Positions 54,960-64,000 of a stretch of 64,000 nucleotides of DNA are shown here, piece by piece. Position numbers and translations under genes: made by a program. The notes under the pieces were generated by a model. It was not told the DNA's origin. It did not search any database and saw only the letters and a list, made by a program, of their open reading frames with translations. The number at the start of each line of letters is the position of its first letter. Position 1 is the stretch's first letter. This DNA comes from Eledone cirrhosa (Eukaryota): the NCBI GenBank assembly GCA_964016885.1, contig OZ024763.1:1488001-1552000 (forward strand), written 5' to 3'.

Positions 54960-55682
54960 TTATTTTTTAACATTATTTTCTATTTTCTTGTTAATTACTT
55001 ATCGTTAAGTCTGTTGTTAATGAGCTTGGTGTTATATCTGGATAATTAATTAATAAATCATTTACGATATTAATTTGTGATATTGATGTTGTTGTTGTGG
55101 TGGTATAATATTTTATTACTGTTTCAGTGAATCGGAATTATTACTCAAACACGTTTGTAGAATTATAAGTATGAATAATTATAATGAAGCTGGTTAATTG
55201 GTAAAGTCGTTAGAACGTCAGATAGAACACCTTGTGGTATTTATTCTGGCTTTCTGAGATCTGAGTTCAAATCCTGGGACACCATAACTTTGACTGACTT
55301 CTTTATAATCCTAATACGCGAGACAACAGATCTTTGTCATGTCTGGGAGATCCTTAACTACCCCTTCATTAATTACTTGGTCTATATAGACCTATCCAAC
55401 CCTTGCTAGTAAGGAAAGTGGATGTTTAAACGATAATGATGCGATGATGATGATTGTTTAGACAGCTGTACTATATATACCCTGTAAACAAGGGCCTTGT
55501 TTCAGTAGGGGGGTACCAGGGGACAAGCCCCCCCCCCCTACTTTTTCAAACGTATGTTTTATTTTTTTATTTTTTTGTTTATTTGATATAATAAATTCTT
55601 TTTAAGCGTATTTTTTCTTTTATTTGAACTTCATTTGAGAATATAAAATTTAATTAGTGTAAAATTTTACTTCTGTGGGTGC

Positions 55683-56182
55683 CACACCATCCAGGCCGAA
55701 ACAAATGAGGTCATGTAGGTGTCACGACAAAAAAAAACACAGTCCACGCTGTAATGTGGCCGTGTAGGCAACATGGTAAAAACCTCCTAGCCCCACAACT
55801 GTAAATGTGGTTGGTGTTAGGAAGGGCATCCAGCTGTAGAAAACCTGCCAGACAGTCCACGCTGTAATGTGGCTGTGTAGGTAACACGGTAAAAACCTCC
55901 TAGCCCCACAACTGTAAATGTGGTTGGTGTTAGGAAGGGCATCCAGCTGTAGAAAACCCGCCAGACAGTCCACGCTGTAATGTGGCCGTGTAGGCAACAT
56001 GGTAAAAACCTCCTAGCCCCACAACTGTAAATGTGGTTGGTGTTAGGAAGGGCATCCAGCTGTAGAAAACCCGCCAGACAGTCCTATGCGAGCAAGACAA
56101 CCACTCTTGCCTCAAGTGGGAAAACTCCCGTCCAAACCCATGCAAGCGTGGAAGATGGACGTTAAACGTTGATGATGATGAT
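55683..56182 (+). mobile_element. RTE-like 3'UTR with ~3 internal tandem copies
   Basis: Repeated cagtccacgctgtaatgtggc...gaaaaccc blocks. Confidence 0.7.
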
Positions 56183-56542
56183 AGGGTCCGAGACAAGCAC
56201 TATAAGCAATACTAACATCCTCCTTTAAGAATCAACAAATGTTGGTTTGTCCCCCCTCACATATTTAAGGCAAACGAGGCCTCTGCCTGTAAGTCAGCAA
56301 ATTTGTAGCCATTAGAACATCAGAAAATATATCATATTCTTTCTGGTACTTTACACTCTGGGTTCAAATCTTGGGTCGGTTTGACTTGGATTCTTGAATA
56401 ATTCTATAAGTCATAGAATTATTCAAAAGTAAAATATATATATTAGAAAGTGAGGTTTTTTTTACAAAATGAAAAATAACCGAGGTGTCCTACACGAGTG
56501 AAAGTATAAAGAAAAAAACCACAGACCCTCCATCTCAACTCA

Positions 56543-56580
56543 CCTTTTGAAAAGCAGAAGAACTGCGAAACCGGTAAAGG
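56543..56580 (+). ncRNA. 38-nt minimal hammerhead, U3-A8 variant
   Basis: cctt-TTGAAAA-gcag-aagaa-ctgc-GAAA-ccgg-TA-aagg; all three helices perfect. Confidence 0.8.
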
Positions 56581-56649
56581 AACCAAATAAATATATATAT
56601 TTTAAAAAAAAATAAGACTTCAGTTGCATTTTCGATTTCATCTCTTTTT

Positions 56650-56702
<53 letters not shown>

Positions 56703-56783
56703 CAAAAGGGATATCCAGGAAAAACTTGAACTGTTAATAAGATCTCCTTCCTGGATATGTCAATATTTATAAAACAAACTTTG

Positions 56784-56844
56784 TAATTTATCTGATGAGA
56801 GCGTACCAAAGTTTTGGTACTCTTGAAATATATATAATAGAATA
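56784..56844 (+). ncRNA. Type I hammerhead, family C-like
   Basis: taatttat-CTGATGA-gagc-gtacc..ggtac-tctt-GAAA-tatata-TA-atagaata. Confidence 0.75.
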
Positions 56845-56884
56845 AATATGGTTTTATAAATATAGTTTCCATTTATTAATATCG

Positions 56885-56925
<41 letters not shown>

Positions 56926-57175
56926 ATTTTTTTTTTTTTTTTTTAAACGATCGACTTTCGTCAAATCGGACCGAGGAAACAATGTTTCCATTGGTCTTTC
57001 CAATTGCTAATACTATCTATCGGTCGCAACTCCAGGTAGAAGGAGCAACATGAAATAAAGTGTCTTGCTCAAGGACATAACGCATCGCCTGGTCTGAGAA
57101 TTGAACTCACAACCTCACGATTGCGAATCCAATACAGCTTCATATATATATATATATATATACAACACGCCTTCA

Positions 57176-57208
<33 letters not shown>

Positions 57209-57212
<4 letters not shown>

Positions 57213-57585
57213 TGGTAAACGGAATAGAAAATGCTGACAAATTGTTCACAGTTGAAAAATGGTTTAATTAGGAATAAAAGAGTATTAGTGATTAGTATTC
57301 AGTATTAGTGGTTAGTATTCAGTTGTGGTTTTAAGTTTTTAAGTTTTTACCGGTTGCGCATTTCTAAATGCTTTTCAAAAATAATTTTGAGATAGCAGCA
57401 CGGACACTCTATCTCAAAATTATTTTTGAAAAGCATTTCGAAATGCGCAACCGGTAAAAACTTAAAAACTTAAAACCACAACTGAATACTAACCCATACA
57501 ATCACTAATACTCTTTTATTCCTAATTAAACCATTTTTCAACTGTGAACAATTTGTCAGCATTTTCTATTCCGTTTACCAATATA
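57209..57585. mobile_element. Long fold-back element with two U3-A8/GCAA hammerhead-like motifs (57345-57381 minus, 57423-57459 plus)
   Basis: ~170-bp arms; ttt-TTGAAAA-gcattt-cg-aaatgc-GCAA-ccgg-TA-aaa. Confidence 0.75.
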
Positions 57586-57620
57586 TAACAACTTGTGTGT
57601 TACACCTCTATTCTTTTAAC

Positions 57621-57659
<39 letters not shown>

Positions 57660-57829
57660 GTGGGGGAGGCATGAATCCTGATTTTACTAATTGACACGCC
57701 GATAGCACCTTACTCCAGTAAACAATACAGCTGGGAGACCCTTTCAGGAACTCCTATGTCTGCTGGACACACAAACAGAAGGACATATGTTTTTTTTCTC
57801 CTGCCAGCAGCATATCCTAAAATTGAATT

Positions 57830-57917
57830 TCATCTGAGGATACCGTTCTCTTAACAACAACAAATGCATGAATTACATCTTGATTGCATGGGAGAACCAT
57901 TGAAATAATTTTAATGA
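57830..57917 (+). ncRNA. Degenerate hammerhead-like motif
   Basis: tcat-CTGAGGA-tacc-gttctc...gagaac-catt-GAAA-taattt-TA-atga; mismatches in stems II and III. Confidence 0.4.
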
Positions 57918-57968
57918 TTAAACGATTTATGTAACATCAGCATCTTTATTATTTATATATATATATAT

Positions 57969-58172
57969 AACGAAGGAAATGTGGTAAGGAACCAGGTGGA
58001 CCATAACGCACCAAAGTACTCAATACTTAGGGTAGTAGAGTGGGTAATAGGAACAAGTAAGACCCCGACGGCTGAGCTCAAGCCGTTTCAACGGCTAATT
58101 CTGTGAATTAATTCTCAGAATTAGCCGTCGAAACGGCTTGAGCTCAGCCGTCGGGGTCTTACTTGTTCCTAT
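57969..58172. mobile_element. Family A fold-back element (copy 3)
   Basis: Same ends as 108-301 and 6317-6528. Confidence 0.75.
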
Positions 58173-58192
58173 ATATATATATATATATATAT

Positions 58193-58439
58193 ATTGTTAT
58201 ACTTTGGGAGGGTCATGTTGCCAATAAGAAACACACGCACCAGTCGCTTTCACTCCAATTTATTATAAATTAAATTATAAATTTAAAAATTTATAAATTT
58301 CCGGTTGGTGCGGTTGTGGAACCAACCAGAAATTTATAAATTTTTAAATTTATAATTTAATTTATAATAAATTGGAGTGAAAGCAACTGGTGCGTGTGTT
58401 TCTTATTGGCAACATGACCCTCCCAAAGTATAACAATAT
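58193..58439. repeat. Near-perfect ~115-bp-arm fold-back next to (TA)n
   Basis: Two mismatches between the arms. No complete ribozyme core seen. Confidence 0.8.
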
Positions 58440-58567
58440 CGGTTTCAACACGTTTTCAGATAAAGAATCTTGCTAAACAAATTCAGAAACAAAATATATA
58501 TATATATATATATATAGTAAAAGAGTGAAGAATAGCGTGATCAGCTGTACAATAGGGTTTATTTAAA

Positions 58568-58676
58568 GTATTAACAATCGTTTCATTAGTCAGGTGTGTC
58601 TAAAAATTGCTGATCGCTAGAAGCCATATCACTCGATTTTAATTACACTTGATACCCAACCAAATCATCAGAATAC
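58568..58676 (-). ncRNA. Hammerhead with ~80-nt stem II domain
   Basis: gtatt-CTGATGA-t-ttggttgggt...acctgactaa-t-GAAA-cgattg-TT-aatac. Confidence 0.7.
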
Positions 58677-58982
58677 AGATCAGTATTACCACTGGGGTGA
58701 CATGAAATAGTGTTTTGCTCAAGGACACAACACACAACCCAGACCAGGATTCAAACCCACAACATTATGATCTTAGCCCAACACCCTTACCACTGGAGTG
58801 ACATGAAATAGTGTTTTGCTCAAGGACACAACACACAACCCAGACCAGGATTCAAACCCACAACATTATGATCTTAGCCCAACACCCTTACCACTGGGGT
58901 GACATGAAATAAAGTGTTTTGCTCAATAACACTACACAACTTAATCCAGCAATCAAACCCACAACATTATGATATAAAGAAT

Positions 58983-59170
58983 GGCGGTGGATTGGCAGTA
59001 TCGGTAGAGGGTCGGACGCCATGCTTTCCAGCATAGTTACGTCCCTTTATGACCTGAGTTCAAATCCGGCCAAGGTTGACTTTGCCTTTCATCCTTACGG
59101 GGGTCGATAAAATAAAGTACCAGTAATGCACTGGGGATAATTGCTGGCCTTGTGCCTAAAAGTAGAAACA
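58983..59170 (+). mobile_element. tRNA-derived SINE, family S2
   Basis: A and B boxes; full-length copy. Confidence 0.8.
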
Positions 59171-59459
59171 TTTATGATATAAAGAATAGGACTAAACAAA
59201 AGATGTCTTCACCTTTGAGTTCATTGAAGGGGGAATGTTTGGTAGGTATGTGACGGTAATGACAAGGTCGTCAGCATCATCATCATCGTTTAACATCCAT
59301 CTTCCACGCCTAGCATGGGTCGGCTTTTGTTTGTTGTTGTATATTTTTCTTTATTTGGTTCTCGCCATCTAAAACAACTTTATATTCGATATCTGTTGCG
59401 AAGGTTTTAATTCAATTTGTTAACATGAAAAATATATGAAACAATATGGAATATATACT

Positions 59460-60415
59460 ACAGTGGTGGTGGTGGTGGTGGTGGTAGAGCTGGTGGTGGT
59501 GGTGGTAGAGCTGGTGGTGGTGGTGGTGGTGGAGCTGGTGGTGGTGGTGGTGGTGGTAGAGCTGGTGGTGGTGGTGGTAGTTGTCGTAGTAGTGGTGGTG
59601 GTGGTGATGGTGGTAGTTGTCATAGTGGTGATGGTGGTAGTTGTCGTAGTGGTGATGGTGGTGGTGATGGTAGTGATGTTGGTAGAGGTGGTAGTGGTGG
59701 TAGAGCTGGTGGTGATGGTGGTAGTTGTCGTAGTGGTGGTGGTGGTATTTGTAGTAGTAGTAGTGGTGGTGGTGATGGTGGTAGTTGTCGTAGAAGTGGT
59801 GGTGGTGGTGGTGGTGGTTGTAGTAGTAGTAGTGGTGATGGTGGTTGTTGTAGTAGTAGTGGTGATGGTGGTAGTTGTCGTGGAAGTGGTGGTGATGGTA
59901 GTGATGTTGGTAGAGGTGGTGGTGGTGGTGGTAGAGCTGGTGGTGATGGTGGTAGTTGTCGTGGTGGTGGTGGTGATGGTAGAGCTAGTGGTAATGGTGG
60001 TGGTGGTGGTGATGGTGGTAGTTGTCGTAGTGGTGGTGGTGGTGGTAGTGATGGTGGTGGTGATGGTAGAGCTGGTGGTAGTGGTCATGGTGGTGGTGGT
60101 GGTGATGGTGGTAGTTGTCGTAGTGGTGGTGGTGGTGATGGTGGTAGAGCTGGTGGTCGTGGTCATGGTAATGGTGGTGGGTGTGATGGTGGTAGTTGTC
60201 GTAGTGGTGGTGGTGGTAGTGATGGTGGTGGTGATGGTGGTAGTGGTGGTGACGATGGCATCAACAGCAATGGAGGTGGCAACAGTGGTGATGATGGCTG
60301 TGGTGGTAGCAGGGGTGTCAATATGGTGGTGGCGGTAACAGTGTCTGTGGTGGTAGTAGTAGCAGTGTCTGTGGTGGTGGTGAGAGGGATGCCCATATGG
60401 TGGTGGTGGGGTGGG
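59460..60415. repeat. (GGT)n compound tract
   Basis: Direct inspection. Confidence 0.95.
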
Positions 60416-60563
60416 TAAAATCAATAAAAGGATGATTAGAAATCAAATCCAAAATAAAATAAATAAATATGTTTGATTTTTGTGTTTCTAAATAAAAAAG
60501 CTCAGATGTTGTCCAGAGATATAATATTTCAAATGTAAAAGATATATATATAGATATATATAT

Positions 60564-60899
60564 GGAGGCACATGGCTTAGTGGTTAGAGCATTGGCCTTG
60601 CAATCGAAAGGTTGTGAGTTCAATTCTCAGACTGGGTGATGTGTTGTTTCCTTGAGCAAGACACTTTATTTCACATTGCTCCAGTTGACTCAGCTGTAGA
60701 AATGAGATGATAGGGACTGGGGTCCCTATCATTCCACTGTAAAGTGGTCGTGGAGGTGCCACGGCAAAAAAGCACCCAGCACTCACTGTAAATGAGGTTG
60801 GTGTTAGGAAGGGCATCCAGCTGTAGAAATCAAGCCAGCATCAGCTCCCGTCCCACCCTTGCAAGCGGGGAAAAAGCGGACATAAAATGAAATGATGAT
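60564..60899 (+). mobile_element. Full-length tRNA-head SINE, family S1, with CORE-like middle and LINE-derived tail
   Basis: A-box tggcttagtgg, B-box gagttcaattc, ccttgagcaagacactt. Headless copy at 52939-53207; minus-strand fragments at 45845-46020, 57030-57140, 58693-58975 and 61168-61266. Confidence 0.8.
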
Positions 60900-61330
60900 A
60901 TATATAGGAAAAGAGTCAGGACCCCAACGGCTGAGCTCCAGCTGTTTCGACAGCTAGGTCTGAATGCGTTCAGAGAGAGAGAAAGATTGACGTGTGTTGA
61001 TGCCCCAAGGACAGACACCGGTCTCTTGGAGACGCAGGACATGGCAGCGATGATGAGGGACAGAGACCGCTCGAGAGAACTCATCCATGGATCTCGGGAA
61101 TTTTACCCACCCTAGATATATATATATATACGATATATATATATATAGAGAGAGAGAGAGATATCAGGGTGAAGTGTTTTGCTCAAGAACACAACCTAGT
61201 CCAGGAATCAAACCCACAACATTATGATCAGAAGTCCAACACCCTTACCACTAGGCCACACACCTCTCCTTCTGTTAGCTCACCGAAGATAAAATAGCAT
61301 CTGGGTGGTGATGACATAGAAAAGAACCAG

Positions 61331-61945
61331 GTAGGTTGACAGGTGGGTAGATAAGCAGGTAGGTAAGTGTGCAGGTGGGTAGGTACGTAAGTCGGCGGGC
61401 GGGTAGATCAACAAGTGGGTAGATAAGCAGGTAGGTGGGTAGATCAACAAGTGGGTAGATAAACAAGTAGGTAGGTAAGTCAGCAGGTGGGCAGGTAGGT
61501 GGGTAGATAAACAGGTAGGTAGGTAGGTAAGTCAGCAGGCGGGTAGGTAGATCAACAAGTGGGTAGATAAACAGGTAGGTAGGTAAGTCAGCAGGCGGGC
61601 AGGTAGGTAGATCAACAAGTGCGTAGGTAAGTCAGCAGGAGGGTAGGTAGATCAACAAGTGGGTAGATAAACAAGTAGGTAGGTAGGTAGGTAAGTCAGT
61701 AGGTAGGCAGGTAGATCAACAAGTGGGTAGATAAACAAGTAGGTAGGTAGGTAAGTCAGTAGGTGGGCAGGTAGATCAACAAGTGGGTAGATAAACAAGT
61801 AGGTAGGTAGGTAAGTCAGTGGGTGGGCAGATCAACAAGTGGGTAGATAAACAAGTAGGAAGGTAAGTCAGCAGGCGGGTAGGTAGGTAGATCAACAAGT
61901 GGGTAGATAAGCAGGTGGGCAGGTAAGTCAGCAGGTAGGTAGGAA
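61331..61945. repeat. (AGGT)n-based VNTR
   Basis: gtagatcaacaagtgggtagataa anchor. Confidence 0.9.
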
Positions 61946-62589
61946 ATTCAAAACATAAGACAAGCTTTAATTTTGATTATTCACTATTTCATTCATTAAA
62001 TGACGAAGAAAATAGAAGGAATGTCATTAATTACAGGTAGATTACCTCGTTAATTTCTGCCATCGTTACAATATAACCTACCTGCCCAAAACAATGTTCT
62101 ATCATTTGCTTTCAGTTGGAATAACGGAAAAAAATAAAATGAAAAAAATAAAAGTTTAAATAGATAACATCCTTTCATGTTTTGTCTTTTAGTATTTCAT
62201 GGTTTGGTTGTTGTTGTTGTTGTTGTTGTTTGTGTTGTTGTTGGTTGTTTTTTGTGTTGTTGTTGGTTGTTGTTGTTGTTTGTGTTGTTGTTGGTTGTTG
62301 TTGTTGTTTGTGTTGTTGTTGTTATCTTTTGTTCTTTTTGTTGTTGTTTTTTATTTTTTTGTGTTTTTTTGTTGTCGTTTTATTTTTGTTTTAGTGGGTT
62401 TTTTTTTGTTGTTGTCAGCTAATTCCTCTTTTGTCTTCAATTCAATAGTTTTGTTCTATCTCAGTTTAACCCTCCCCCTCCACTACTGAGTACCAATATA
62501 ATCTCAATGTACCAATATTACCACCAATAAAACCACAATACCTATACTACTACCAATACTACTACCAATATAACCATGAAATATCGATA

Positions 62590-63860
62590 CCACCGATACT
62601 ACCACCAATACCACCACTATCAATACTACCACCAATACCACCACTATCAATACTACCACCAATACCACCACCACCACTATCAATACTACCACCAATGCCA
62701 CTACCACCAATACCACCACCAATACCACCATCAATACTACCACCAATACCACCACCACTAATACCACCACCACCACTATCAATACTACCACCAATACCAC
62801 CACCACCACTATCAATACCACCACTAATACCACCACCACTAATACCACCACCACTACCACCACCACTAATACCACCACCACTACCATCACCACCACCACC
62901 AATACCACCACCACTACCACCACTATCAATACTACCACCAATACCACCACCACTACCACCACTATCAATACTACCACCACAGCCACCACCACTATCAATA
63001 CTACCACCAATGCCACTACCACTACCACCACTATCAATACTACCACCAATACCACCACCACTACCACCAATACCACCACCACTACCACCACCACCACTAT
63101 CAATACTACCACCAATACCACCACCACTACCACCACTATCAATACTACCACCACAGCCACCACCACTATCAATACTACCACCAATGCCACTACCACTACC
63201 ACCACTATCAATACTACCACCAATACCACCACCACTACCACCACTATCAATACTACCACCAATACCACCACCACTACCACCACTATCAATACTACCACCA
63301 ATACCACCACCACTACCACCAATACCACCACCACTACCACCACCACCACTATCAATACTACCACCAATACCACCACCACTACCACCACTATCAATACTAC
63401 CACCACAGCCACCACCACTATCAATACTACCACCAATGCCACTACCACTACCACCACTATCAATACTACCACCAATACCACCACCACTACCACCACTATC
63501 AATACTACCACCAATACCACCACCACTACCACCACTATCAATACTACCACCAATACCACTACCACCACTATCAATACTACCACCACAACCACCACCACTA
63601 TCAATACTACCACCAATGCCACTACCACTACCACCACTATCAATACTACCACCAATACCACCACCACTACCACCAATACCACCACCACTACCACCACTAT
63701 CAATACTACCACCAATACCACCACCACTACCACCACTATCAATACTACCACCAATACCACCACCACCACCACTATCAATACTACCACCACCACCACCACC
63801 ACTATCAATACTACCACCACCACCACCACCACTATCAATACTACCACCAATACCACCATT
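62590..63860. repeat. (CCA)n VNTR with ctatcaata anchor
   Basis: Direct inspection. Confidence 0.9.
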
Positions 63861-63945
63861 GATACTGTATTGTACCTCTACCACTTCTGTAATCTTTACT
63901 TAATTACTTTTGTATTTCTGAATACATTGTATTGTTCCCTCTCAG

Positions 63946-64000
63946 GTATTGCTAATGGATGAAGACTACTCATCACCATCATCACCATCACCATCACTCT
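63946..64000 (+). other. Probable exon start running off the window
   Basis: Strong acceptor tgttccctctcag|G; open frame VLLMDEDYSSPSSPSPSL. Confidence 0.4.

Noticed and set aside
60564-60640. tRNA gene
   Set aside because: A and B boxes are present, but the sequence continues as a multi-copy SINE without a proper acceptor stem or terminator.
60905-61112. Family A-related stem III with unique downstream sequence
   Set aside because: No core 5' half and no recognisable ORF; cannot be called a ribozyme or a gene.

Overview
Eukaryotic, extremely repeat-rich genomic DNA. The microsatellite density and SINE/LINE repertoire look like an octopod cephalopod (inference). Nearly all long ORFs in the track are artefacts of (TA)n, (CA)n, (CCA)n and VNTR tracts. 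Supportable content: (1) a minus-strand exon (13757-13673) encoding a signal peptide followed by NYF-GKR, i.e. an NdWFamide-type neuropeptide precursor with Tyr in place of Trp; (2) a 5'-truncated CR1-group LINE RT with one frameshift, fragments of CR1-, RTE- and L1/Tx1-like LINEs, two tRNA-derived SINE families, a deleted mariner and small MITEs; (3) satellites built from LINE fragments (123-bp and 61-bp units) plus many VNTRs. The most striking hidden structure is about 18 complete or near-complete minimal type-I hammerhead ribozyme motifs from several unrelated families. They sit in short elements, often fold-back (inverted), inserted into (TA)n tracts. This resembles Penelope-like pseudo-LTR remnants. 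Several cores are non-canonical but covarying (U3-A8; U10.1xU11.1; G.U plus CxU in stem II), and several inversion points coincide with ribozyme helices. All motif calls were made by eye and were not computed.
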